This document shows positions 41,742 through 50,355 of a stretch of 64,000 nt of DNA, one piece after another (the first letter of the stretch is position 1; each line of letters starts with the position of its first letter). A program made the position numbers and the translations under genes. Origin of the DNA: a virus (taxonomy: Duplodnaviria > Heunggongvirae > Uroviricota > Caudoviricetes); IMG/VR virus record IMGVR_UViG_3300046523_000117; one strand, 5' to 3'. Under the pieces are notes generated by a model. It had not been told where the DNA came from and searched no databases. It was given only the letters and a program-made list of their open reading frames with translations.

Positions 41742-43259
41742 TTACGGAATGCGAATTTCGCTAAACGCCCACTCCATAATGTGGTCACCGTCTTCCCACA
41801 CCGTAACCATTTGGTCAACGATTGTGTGATTGGTTTCTTGCAGCTCGATACGATCCGAGAAGAATTTCCCGTTCGAATCTTTGAACGTGGTCACACGACC
41901 TTTCTTGGACCGTTTAACCGAGTCGGTATCCGGGTCTTTGTACAGGTCACGCCACACACCATCTACACACAGTGCAGACGCTTTCATGGCGAATTTGAGC
42001 CAATCACGGTCGCAGTGTTGCAGAAGGGCACCACCCATACCGAAAACGATGTTATCGGCAGAGTAACCAAGTGCGAACATGTTCGCATAGATTTGACGAA
42101 TGCTGGATTCGTTGATGCCGTCGCCTTGCAGAACACGGATGCAATCTGGCAGGACTTTGTAACCTTTGCTGTTGATCGTGTAACCAAAACCTTCCATCAA
42201 AATGCCGATGATTTCTACCGGGATTTCGGTTGCTACACCGGAATCTGGGCGCAGTACAAACGTACCACCAGAATTCATGATTCGAGTTTTGATCGGATCA
42301 GTTGCACACCACTTGGCGAAGCGGCGAATGCTATAAGTATCACCCACACAGGCTACGATGCCTTTGTGTTTTTCCAGCAGTTGGATCGCCATTTCCAGAG
42401 CGTTGGAATCGTCGCGGGTTTCAGCGTCAGAGTTTGCACAAACAACACTGTGTTCCGTTGCACGAACCGAGAAGGCGGGCATTTCGCCTTTCTTCACGCC
42501 GTAGAACTGTTTCAATTCGATGATAGCTTGAATGGTATCAGTACCCATCCAACCGGCCATCAAGTGAGCAGCACCGCCGATGCGAGCAGATTCGACACTG
42601 GACACACCACGGAAACCGAAGTCGTGCAGCTTGAATTGACTACCAACGCCTTCATCAACCGATTCGCGGAAAGCTTGTTCAACCACTTGACGGATGCTGT
42701 ACGAAACAGAAGCCACGGTGATTGGATACCACGCTTGCAGGAACAGCGGTTCGAAGTACGAAACCAGCCATGCAAAGTCCGGGTGGGTGTTTTCAACAGT
42801 CCACAGAACGTTGCCGGTCGGAACAATCGTGCCTTCTTTCAGGCAGCGAATGCGCAGTGGCAGACGGCCTTTGAATTTTGTCACGATTGCTTCCCAACCT
42901 TTACGGTTGAAAACGTTCGGACCCATGTGCAGTTCTACCAGTTCTTCGGCTTCGTCCACATCCTGCATGGTCAGACGACCAGAGAAGTGACGTTTCAGAA
43001 TGGCTTGCAGGCCGACAAATACGGTGTAGGTGTAACCTTCGTTGACACCGCGTACTTCGTGCTGGTCAGATCCACGCGATTCCCCGTAGGAATACAGGTA
43101 CTGTGCCCCGGCTGGGATCATTTCCCAGTGGTCGCCTTTGTACGAATCGGATTTCAGGATCAGGTTGTTTGGGTTGAAATCAAGATTAATATTGAGACTG
43201 GTCATTCTTTCGAACTCCTCGAAAATTGAATTAGTTGTTTTGTTGCGCAGCACGACCAA
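41742..43259 (-). CDS. nadV: nicotinamide phosphoribosyltransferase (NAMPT/NadV)
   Basis: 505 aa; conserved NAMPT blocks (DSYKGDHW, GYTYTVFVGLQAILKRHF, LPLRIRCLKEGT, FGFRGVSSVESA, GTDT). Confidence 0.85.
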   Translation of the reverse strand: MVVLRNKTTNSIFEEFERMTSLNINLDFNPNNLILKSDSYKGDHWEMIPAGAQYLYSYGESRGSDQHEVRGVNEGYTYTVFVGLQAILKRHFSGRLTMQDVDEAEELVELHMGPNVFNRKGWEAIVTKFKGRLPLRIRCLKEGTIVPTGNVLWTVENTHPDFAWLVSYFEPLFLQAWYPITVASVSYSIRQVVEQAFRESVDEGVGSQFKLHDFGFRGVSSVESARIGGAAHLMAGWMGTDTIQAIIELKQFYGVKKGEMPAFSVRATEHSVVCANSDAETRDDSNALEMAIQLLEKHKGIVACVGDTYSIRRFAKWCATDPIKTRIMNSGGTFVLRPDSGVATEIPVEIIGILMEGFGYTINSKGYKVLPDCIRVLQGDGINESSIRQIYANMFALGYSADNIVFGMGGALLQHCDRDWLKFAMKASALCVDGVWRDLYKDPDTDSVKRSKKGRVTTFKDSNGKFFSDRIELQETNHTIVDQMVTVWEDGDHIMEWAFSEIRIP

Positions 43260-44316
43260 TCATGGTCATGATGATGTTGTGATGGTCTTCGAAAAAGTCA
43301 GCCGCGTGTTCCGGGGCAGCGATTTCAGAGATTGGAACCCAGAACGCTTTATCAGCGTCATCGGAACCGTAAACCCGTGGCAAGCTACCGTCATGATTTG
43401 TATCAATCTTGAAAGTAAATGCGAAGGTCATGAGCCGACCGCGAAGGGAACGTTTCGGATTATCGAACCGCTTTTCGTCAATGATCGACTTGCGCAGCAC
43501 CTTTTCAGGCACATGCAGTTTTGTTTCTTCATCCAGTTCACGAATCGCACCGTCTTCAACCGTTTCATTGGTATTGACGAATCCACCGGGTAGAGCAAGT
43601 TTGCCCTTACCGGGAATGTTTTTACGACGAATCAACAGGATGTGGCTTTTGCACAGAACTACCGCGTCTGCGGTTACGTCGTTGATCGGGTATTTGGCCC
43701 GACGATGTGCGGGATACGCTTTGTGGAAATTGTATTCGGCCAGCAGTTCCCGGAACATATCAGAACTGATGAATTTTGTGTTGACATAATCCCAGACACC
43801 GGAAGGCATCATTGGGCCAGCGTCACCAAAATACCCTTCGAACATCAGTTCGCGGATTTTGGTTGCCGCCATTTCTTCGTCGCCGTGCATTTTAGCACCG
43901 GATTCGATGAAATCCCATGTTGGGAACAAATCGAGATAGAATGAACTATCATCTTTCTTGTGCCCAACGATTGCGATTTTCGGAGCTTTGATGCCGGAAA
44001 TGTAACGAGTCGAAAGACGCATTACCTCGGCAGCCCACAAATCGTTCGATGGCATGTCGTTGATGAAACTGATTCCAACGCCTTTGATACCAGCGTCGAT
44101 GGTTGCCAATTCAACCATAGCCGAACGATCACGATTACCGAATGGGTTACGTTCATCACGCGGGGCGTTTGCACTCCCCAGAATCACGACCACTCGATCA
44201 GCAATCGAATCTGCCAGTTTGATGTTGTCCAAATGGGCGTTGTGCAGTGGAGCCATTCGCCCGATGAAAATTGCTAGGTCGTACTTTTTAACGTTGGTCA
44301 CTACTGATCCCCTCAA
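43231..44316 (-). CDS. natV: bifunctional NMN adenylyltransferase / Nudix (ADP-ribose pyrophosphatase) NatV-like
   Basis: The N-terminal cytidylyltransferase fold carries an HxGH-like motif (GRMAPLHNAH). The C-terminal Nudix box is GGFVNTNETVEDGAIRELDEETKL. The gene overlaps nadV. Confidence 0.8.
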   Translation of the reverse strand: MRGSVVTNVKKYDLAIFIGRMAPLHNAHLDNIKLADSIADRVVVILGSANAPRDERNPFGNRDRSAMVELATIDAGIKGVGISFINDMPSNDLWAAEVMRLSTRYISGIKAPKIAIVGHKKDDSSFYLDLFPTWDFIESGAKMHGDEEMAATKIRELMFEGYFGDAGPMMPSGVWDYVNTKFISSDMFRELLAEYNFHKAYPAHRRAKYPINDVTADAVVLCKSHILLIRRKNIPGKGKLALPGGFVNTNETVEDGAIRELDEETKLHVPEKVLRKSIIDEKRFDNPKRSLRGRLMTFAFTFKIDTNHDGSLPRVYGSDDADKAFWVPISEIAAPEHAADFFEDHHNIIMTMIGRAAQQNN

Positions 44317-44324
44317 TGTGTGAC

Positions 44325-44385
44325 TATTGAAACAGAATGGAATTGCGGATGCAACCCCTATTCTGTTTTTATTTTAGCTCTGTGC
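44325..44385. repeat. degenerate PeSL remnant / 8-bp inverted repeat
   Basis: AACAGAATggaattgcggATGCAACCCCTATTCTGTTTTTATTTTAG. Confidence 0.4.
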
Positions 44386-44859
44386 CCGAATCAGCCAGCC
44401 ACGTAGGTAAACACCCAGAGACGGTTTGGTTGCGACCAGTCCTTTGTAGTAATCAGCCTGAATTATACGGAATGAAGCCAAGAACCGTTCCGCGTCAGTG
44501 TTATTCAGTGCTGCAATAGATGCAGGGCCGAAAATCCCGTCTTCTGTCAGGTTCTTACCGTTTTGGTTCAAGGCTTTCTGGGCAAATCGATGCGCTCGTT
44601 TAGCTCCGACGTTGATAGCGGTATCAAAGATTTTGGTAGCCGCGTCATCATTGCTAATGGTGTCGTATCGGTTTGGCAGCCACCAGTCGTGTAGGTAGAT
44701 GCGTTTCGCGTCTTCTACAGTCAGGTTTTTGATGTCTTCATTCGGATACGAACGCTTGGAAATACCATATTTGGTTTCCCCACCCGGATCTGTATCGGAA
44801 TCTACATAACCACCTTCGTGGGCCAGAACGATTTTAATTGCTTTTTCAAAATTTGACAT
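44374..44859 (-). CDS. GH108-family muramidase-like protein (161 aa), candidate endolysin
   Basis: LAHEGGYVDSDTDPGGETKYGIS (catalytic EGGY motif) plus a C-terminal peptidoglycan-binding-like region. Confidence 0.65.
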   Translation of the reverse strand: MSNFEKAIKIVLAHEGGYVDSDTDPGGETKYGISKRSYPNEDIKNLTVEDAKRIYLHDWWLPNRYDTISNDDAATKIFDTAINVGAKRAHRFAQKALNQNGKNLTEDGIFGPASIAALNNTDAERFLASFRIIQADYYKGLVATKPSLGVYLRGWLIRAQS

Positions 44860-44904
44860 TAGTGATGTCCTCCAAAGGTATTTACCCTTGGAGGATTACA
44901 TCAA

Positions 44905-45948
44905 TTATGCGAAATCGAGGGTGAGCCATACCGGTTTGATTACCGATGCCGCGTGGGCACCGACTCGCTTACCAAGGACGTTCCATTCTTCGGTTTCTTG
45001 GGCCTTGTACCCATGATCTTTTTCGAAGTCTTCCAGAGCGTCACGGGTGAAATCCCCTTGCAGCCTACCGAACGACTTCTGGTCGTATACAGATTTTGAT
45101 ACAACCGCGTTAACCCGGTTCTCGCTCATGTAAGAGCAGACCTTATCCAGCAGAGCCTGTTGCTCGTCTGACAGGTTCACCGCCGACTTGATTTTTACTT
45201 CCTTGACCTTTTCACCGTACAGATGGTTCTTTTGTTTCAGAATCACCCGTTCTTCGCCCATATAGAAGTCTTCTTCATACCCGCAGATCACAAAACCTTC
45301 CGCGTAGTCAACCGGGGCTTTCTCACGATGTTCTGTTTCAAGACCAAATGCTTGTGGCACATGGGTATAGAACAACGGATCAATTTTGATCAGTTCTTCC
45401 AGCGTACCGATTTTGATGATCGGAGCATGACGCATACGGTCTTCGAACGACAAGCGAGCGATGAAGTTTGCATCAAATAGCAGGTCAACCAAATCCATGA
45501 ACGGAACGTAACGGCTGATACCGGTATCGAACGTCAGTTTCAGGTCGAATGCCATGAATTCGTTATCAGGGTGGTAGTTCACACCACCTTGAACTTTCTT
45601 GGCGGATTGAGCGCTAATCCCGTTATACGAACCACCGAAAATTTCACCGAACAGATTGATTTGAACCAGACCGGGGAACTCGCTCTTGACCAGACCAAAC
45701 AGAGCTTGGACAACTGGTTTGTATCGGGAGAAGAACCGGGAATGACCATAGAAGGTTTCAAGTTCATCGATCAAATCGTTACGGCTGGCAACCCGAATAG
45801 TAGTTCCGTCAGCAATCCACGAAAAGTTGGCACCGTGGATTTTCTCCACCGCCACCATCTGAGCATCCCCAACATGCATAGCGCATTTGTCGAGGAATCG
45901 TTGTTGGTAAGAGTTTTCGATGGAACTGTATTTAACAAATTCGCTCAC
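44905..45948 (-). CDS. rnlB: RNA ligase 2 (Rnl2, T4 gp24.1-like)
   Basis: The GTG start is preceded by AAAGGA. (V)SEFVKYSSIENSY...EKIHGANFSW aligns with the T4 Rnl2 MFKKYSSLENHY...EKIHGTNFSL KxHG ligase motif I. Confidence 0.8.
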   Translation of the reverse strand: MSEFVKYSSIENSYQQRFLDKCAMHVGDAQMVAVEKIHGANFSWIADGTTIRVASRNDLIDELETFYGHSRFFSRYKPVVQALFGLVKSEFPGLVQINLFGEIFGGSYNGISAQSAKKVQGGVNYHPDNEFMAFDLKLTFDTGISRYVPFMDLVDLLFDANFIARLSFEDRMRHAPIIKIGTLEELIKIDPLFYTHVPQAFGLETEHREKAPVDYAEGFVICGYEEDFYMGEERVILKQKNHLYGEKVKEVKIKSAVNLSDEQQALLDKVCSYMSENRVNAVVSKSVYDQKSFGRLQGDFTRDALEDFEKDHGYKAQETEEWNVLGKRVGAHAASVIKPVWLTLDFA

Positions 45949-45958
45949 AATAGATCCT

Positions 45959-46291
45959 TTATTTCTTTGGACGACCAGAATTAAGCCGGTCGTATAACAA
46001 TGTTTGTTGCAACTGGGTGATAGGCACATCCCCGTTTGCATGACCAAGTATTTTGTCCACGATGATATCTCGAAGACGTTTCATCGATGATTTGTTGAAC
46101 TTCCCTTCATCCGTATCAATACTGATGTTCACATATCCAATGTTGTTGGAATGCTTAAAAAATATCGTCAGGTAATCGTGGATAATGTCAAAGATTGTTT
46201 CTGGTGTTTCTGCGTAATACCGCGTAATTGTTGACGTAGTAACAGTCGGAGCGACTGTCACCACTTCAAATCCAACAATTAGGGCTCTCAC
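45959..46291 (-). CDS. hypothetical protein (110 aa)
   Basis: minus-strand ORF. Confidence 0.45.
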   Translation of the reverse strand: MRALIVGFEVVTVAPTVTTSTITRYYAETPETIFDIIHDYLTIFFKHSNNIGYVNISIDTDEGKFNKSSMKRLRDIIVDKILGHANGDVPITQLQQTLLYDRLNSGRPKK

Positions 46292-46566
46292 TCGGCCAAT
46301 CCCATGAGCGCACCGGCAAGGATATTAAATTTGACTTGATCTAGCATCAGATTACATCCAGCGTTGTCTTGATTAGTCATAAAACTAACCCCTTCTTCAC
46401 TATCAGAGTTATCCTGTTCACCCACGATCATTACAAAGTCACATTTGCCGGTAAGAATCTCGCCGTACATTTCATCCAGAGCTTTTTTAATTTCTGGGGT
46501 AATCTTTTCTGATGGCTTGGCAGCCGACACCAATTGAAACACTTTCTTATCTGTCATACTTCGCAC
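46288..46566 (-). CDS. hypothetical protein (92 aa)
   Basis: minus-strand ORF. Confidence 0.45.
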   Translation of the reverse strand: MRSMTDKKVFQLVSAAKPSEKITPEIKKALDEMYGEILTGKCDFVMIVGEQDNSDSEEGVSFMTNQDNAGCNLMLDQVKFNILAGALMGLAE

Positions 46567-46575
46567 CGGTTTAGA

Positions 46576-47433
46576 TCAAAAATTACCCGGCGCAACTTGG
46601 TAGCAGCGAAGCCCCATGCTACGCCAAGTCCTCACAACTTGATCACGGTCATCAAACACACCTTTTACGTTGTAATACGGTGCGATGTAACGGTGATACA
46701 AATCGTGTTTTACAGCAGAATCTTTGATATGCGATCCTTCTGGACGCATACGCAATCCATCGTAAGGCAAATCATATCGCCACAACCAATCCATAGTTTC
46801 TTCGCGACAAACTTCATCACGACCAGAAACACCGATCAGTTTATTACCAGCCGCTTCCAGAATTTTCAGAACTTCGATTACATCCGAATGCGGTTTATCA
46901 TGTCCGACTTTCTTCCAATCGAATGGGCCACGAACTCCAGTCATATCGGCAACGGTGCCGTCGATATCGTAAAGGAATGCGTCAGCTTTCAATGGATCAT
47001 ATGCCGGTGCCATAATCGGGAATTGATCCCGATACATAGCGTACATTTGTTGCACCACACCCACAGGTACAACTTTGGTCTGATCATCGCGATTTGCATT
47101 GCGTTGGATCAAATCATCAAGCAGCAGATACGGTGCAACATGAACAATTTGAATCTCAGCACCGAAGCTAGACCCAAATTTGATCAAATGTTCGCGGGTA
47201 GTCGGATTGATATTCGTATCAGATACAAATACATTCAGGTCACTCAGCAGAGCATTTCGAATCAGTTGTTCGTGTTCGTAAGTCACATGCTTTTCATCAA
47301 CGCCGTTTCCGTACCAAGATCCGTAGAGCTTTTTACGCAACAGGTCGCGTTCAACCTGTACATACCCTTGCGACACAAATTTATGCGCAAGGGTGGACTT
47401 ACCGGAGCCGGGGACTCCGATAGTCAGAACCAT
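46576..47433 (-). CDS. pseT: polynucleotide 5'-kinase/3'-phosphatase (Pnk/PseT-like)
   Basis: MVLTIGVPGSGKST P-loop at the N-terminus as in T4 Pnk; DxDGT-type phosphatase half (LYDIDGTV); the track start was TTG, so it is trimmed to the ATG one nt after the rnlA stop. Confidence 0.8.
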   Translation of the reverse strand: MVLTIGVPGSGKSTLAHKFVSQGYVQVERDLLRKKLYGSWYGNGVDEKHVTYEHEQLIRNALLSDLNVFVSDTNINPTTREHLIKFGSSFGAEIQIVHVAPYLLLDDLIQRNANRDDQTKVVPVGVVQQMYAMYRDQFPIMAPAYDPLKADAFLYDIDGTVADMTGVRGPFDWKKVGHDKPHSDVIEVLKILEAAGNKLIGVSGRDEVCREETMDWLWRYDLPYDGLRMRPEGSHIKDSAVKHDLYHRYIAPYYNVKGVFDDRDQVVRTWRSMGLRCYQVAPGNF

Positions 47434-47434
47434 T

Positions 47435-48568
47435 TTAGTCAGACGATGTTCCTTCAAATTCTTTCAAGATATAATTGGAATAGTTCTTTTGCATGAACTC
47501 TTTGGCCTGTGTTTCCCAATCACGCCCAACAAATCGGGACATTTGGATGTTAAACACCCAATCGGAATATTCGGCCTTCGCAGCAATGGCGTAGTCTTTT
47601 TGAGACAGATCCTTGTTACGGTCATGAAATGATTCTACCACAGAACAGGTATGGTTATAAACAGAACTGATAGAAATTTCGTAAGCATTGATTTTGTCCA
47701 ATACCGCTTGGTCGTCCGAGAACAAAACCTTGAGGTCGTCAATCTGTTCCGAAAGAATCAGTTCGATCAACGCACGGGTGTTCTGTACGTTGTCCTTGTT
47801 ACGGTGCAACGCCAGATACCACGGGCATTTCATTTTGAAGTAAACCCCATTTTTGGTCAGGGCTACAACGCCTTCGGTGCCGGTCAGGTTGTTGATTGCG
47901 GTTGCCAGCAAGCCGGTGTACTGGAATTCTTCAACCCAGATATCATCAACCCCGGCCAGACCCAAATCATCAATCAGGTCTTGTCCGTAAACAGTTCCGG
48001 TATGATTGTCAATGATGCTCAGGCCAATCAGTTTTGGTTGTTGATAACCGACCACGATACGGTTCCACGGCGCACACCATTCAAGATTAGTCGTGAAGTC
48101 GCGGGATGCGAGGAACCGCAGATCCGCCAGCAAGGCTGGTTGGGTCTTGAGGAACGCCATTGCATCATTACATTGAACCGATCCGGTAGAACCTTTCGAT
48201 TTCAGACGCAATTCGCCGTTGGTATGCAGGTAGGTAGACATCAACGAACCGTCTTCCTTGACCATGCACATTGCCAAATCATCCATCGGCAATTCCATCG
48301 TGAATGGATTTTCACCCAGATTGAAGAATTTCTTCGGAGGACGGCAAACCAAATCGTCAAAGTTGCCTTTGCGATCTACCAGAAACATGGTGCCACGACA
48401 TTCCAGCGCACCGGGTTTGCAGAAATCCGAATAGCTTGCCAGACGGTAGTTAAAGATCCGGTACATACGTTCCGGGTCGTCCGCTGGGAAGTCTTTGAAG
48501 AAGAATGCATCACCGGTCAGGGTCAATTGCATCAATTGATCGTAAAGCTGGAATGGGTTGGTGGACAT
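47435..48568 (-). CDS. rnlA: RNA ligase 1 (RnlA, T4 gene 63-like)
   Basis: 377 aa; YRIFNYRLASYSDF ... LECRGTMF ... KKFFNLGENPFTM ... VKEDGSLMSTYL match T4 Rnl1 blocks including the KxDG nucleotidyl-transfer motif. Confidence 0.85.
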   Translation of the reverse strand: MSTNPFQLYDQLMQLTLTGDAFFFKDFPADDPERMYRIFNYRLASYSDFCKPGALECRGTMFLVDRKGNFDDLVCRPPKKFFNLGENPFTMELPMDDLAMCMVKEDGSLMSTYLHTNGELRLKSKGSTGSVQCNDAMAFLKTQPALLADLRFLASRDFTTNLEWCAPWNRIVVGYQQPKLIGLSIIDNHTGTVYGQDLIDDLGLAGVDDIWVEEFQYTGLLATAINNLTGTEGVVALTKNGVYFKMKCPWYLALHRNKDNVQNTRALIELILSEQIDDLKVLFSDDQAVLDKINAYEISISSVYNHTCSVVESFHDRNKDLSQKDYAIAAKAEYSDWVFNIQMSRFVGRDWETQAKEFMQKNYSNYILKEFEGTSSD

Positions 48569-48585
48569 ACAAACTCCGAATTTGA

Positions 48586-48921
48586 TTAAATTTCTTGCAG
48601 CCAGAAATGTTGGGTATTGCCATTGAGGGGTTCCAGCACCGCACCATCGACCACATTTTGATCCAAGGTAAACAACCTATCATCAAATTGACGGGCGAAC
48701 AGATGCACAGGATTTGATTCCGAGTCTTCGGTAAGGAAGTAATCAATTACTTCACCATCCGGGATCGTAACCGTCTCATATATTGGGACGTAGTAGAATT
48801 CAGACGGGCTCCATTGAACAACCCGCTTGAACGACAGCTTGGCAACACCGGGAGCAATCTTTACCCGGTATTTTTTCCGGGGCTCATTTACAATCGGCCC
48901 CAGACGACTTTCAGTGGTCAT
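48586..48921 (-). CDS. hypothetical protein (111 aa)
   Basis: minus-strand ORF. Confidence 0.5.
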   Translation of the reverse strand: MTTESRLGPIVNEPRKKYRVKIAPGVAKLSFKRVVQWSPSEFYYVPIYETVTIPDGEVIDYFLTEDSESNPVHLFARQFDDRLFTLDQNVVDGAVLEPLNGNTQHFWLQEI

Positions 48922-49301
48922 GCAGCACCCGCCAGATAGCGTCCGATATGATTGATGGAATTGATCGTTTCTTGAACAACCGTGTTCATGTCCGTAATGA
49001 TTTTGTTCATTTTCGGAGCCTGCAACAGCTCAGACTTTTTCAGGTAGATCACGGTTTCGCTACCGTTTCGCAGGTAGTCTTCGACGGTGAAGAATGGTTT
49101 CTTCGATTCATAGAACTCGAATCGGAAAATAACCCCGTGCTTCTGGTCTGCCTTTTCGTACATACGAATTTTATGCTTCGGGAATTCAATCCACGACACA
49201 TAGCCTTCATCGTCTTCACGGAACTTAGCGACACCGCTGCATTCCAGAAGGTTTCTGTTCTGGAGAATTCGAGTCACCAACAACACTGCCGAATGGGTCA
49301 T
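48918..49301 (-). CDS. hypothetical protein (127 aa)
   Basis: minus-strand ORF. Confidence 0.5.
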   Translation of the reverse strand: MTHSAVLLVTRILQNRNLLECSGVAKFREDDEGYVSWIEFPKHKIRMYEKADQKHGVIFRFEFYESKKPFFTVEDYLRNGSETVIYLKKSELLQAPKMNKIITDMNTVVQETINSINHIGRYLAGAA

Positions 49302-49309
49302 ACCTACTC

Positions 49310-49990
49310 CTAACCGTTTTTACTGACATAAAATGTGTGGGAACCAATCTTTGCGGTCTTATTGAACGCATAGACCCACTTTGGTTTTGATGTAACCTTT
49401 GACTCGTTAAGGTAATGCGTAGCCCCACGGGTGATGTCTTTCAAGTCACCTTCGTAAGCCACCCACGCCACATAACCAGCCATATATTTTGAATCGGTAT
49501 CAGTCATCCGCCGATCTTTCAACTGGCACATATAACTAAACTGACACACCCACCCGGTTTTCTTGTTGTATTTCTTCTGATTCACAACACCCGCAATAGA
49601 GCCGGGATACCCTTCGGTGTTGGTTCGATTCATCACGACATTGGCGACCGCTTTCATGCCCTTCAAACCGCCCCCGCGATCCTCAAAATAGGTCGCTTCC
49701 GCTAATTTGTAGCATTCCCAGTGTTTGAAACATTTTTGTGAGTACGCAAACATCTGGTCATCAGATGGTGTGTAATCAAATGTCGGTTTCGAAACAGATT
49801 TAGGCTTTGCTTCAACCTCTTTCTGTTTTGGAACAACTGGTTTAGAGACAGCTTTATGCTGTTCGGTCAATTCAATTTCGTTGAGTTGCCGCGCCTGATC
49901 CGGTACATCTGCTTTGTGTAGCTGCGCGACCAACAAAACTGATAGGCAGGCTGATACCACGATCAGCCCCTGTTCAATCCGTTTGGTCAT
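49310..49990 (-). CDS. membrane-anchored cell-wall hydrolase, SleB/Hydrolase_2-like (226 aa)
   Basis: N-terminal TM/signal-anchor (GLIVVSACLSVLLVAQL), Lys/Pro-rich linker, C-terminal MKAVANVVMNRTNTEGYPGSIAGVVNQKKY SleB-like block. Confidence 0.6.
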   Translation of the reverse strand: MTKRIEQGLIVVSACLSVLLVAQLHKADVPDQARQLNEIELTEQHKAVSKPVVPKQKEVEAKPKSVSKPTFDYTPSDDQMFAYSQKCFKHWECYKLAEATYFEDRGGGLKGMKAVANVVMNRTNTEGYPGSIAGVVNQKKYNKKTGWVCQFSYMCQLKDRRMTDTDSKYMAGYVAWVAYEGDLKDITRGATHYLNESKVTSKPKWVYAFNKTAKIGSHTFYVSKNG

Positions 49991-50001
49991 TTTCTTTTCT
50001 C

Positions 50002-50292
50002 TTATTCGAGCAGAATCGCATACGGCTCAGAAGTGATTTTTTCGTAGATATGCATCAAACGGTCTTCTGGGCATCGAGCCATCAACTGGCGATAGCTCAT
50101 GTACGTGAAACGTGCCCCGGTAATGGACACCGGGGGATTTGGCAGTTCATTGACAAATGCAACAAAATGCTCGTCGTTATTCGCGGTATCGTCCATACCA
50201 AATTTGAACAAAACACCGCGAATGACTAGCAGGTCTTCGATAATGGTTTCACGTTTGACTTGTTGGATTTCACGCTTTGACAATTCAGACAC
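50002..50292 (-). CDS. hypothetical protein (96 aa)
   Basis: minus-strand ORF. Confidence 0.5.
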   Translation of the reverse strand: MSELSKREIQQVKRETIIEDLLVIRGVLFKFGMDDTANNDEHFVAFVNELPNPPVSITGARFTYMSYRQLMARCPEDRLMHIYEKITSEPYAILLE

Positions 50293-50355
50293 TTACAACA
50301 ACCCCCGGTAAAAACGGCCCGATCATTCAGGCCGTGCGATTAATGCTGGAACAGA

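Noticed and set aside
41733-43229. 498-aa plus-strand ORF
   Set aside because: It lies entirely antisense to the well-supported nadV gene. The composition is low-complexity and it has no start context. It is a shadow ORF.
46534-48589. Plus-strand ORFs 46534..47496 (320 aa) and 47651..48589 (312 aa)
   Set aside because: They are antisense to pnk and rnlA, which have strong homology to the T4 enzymes.
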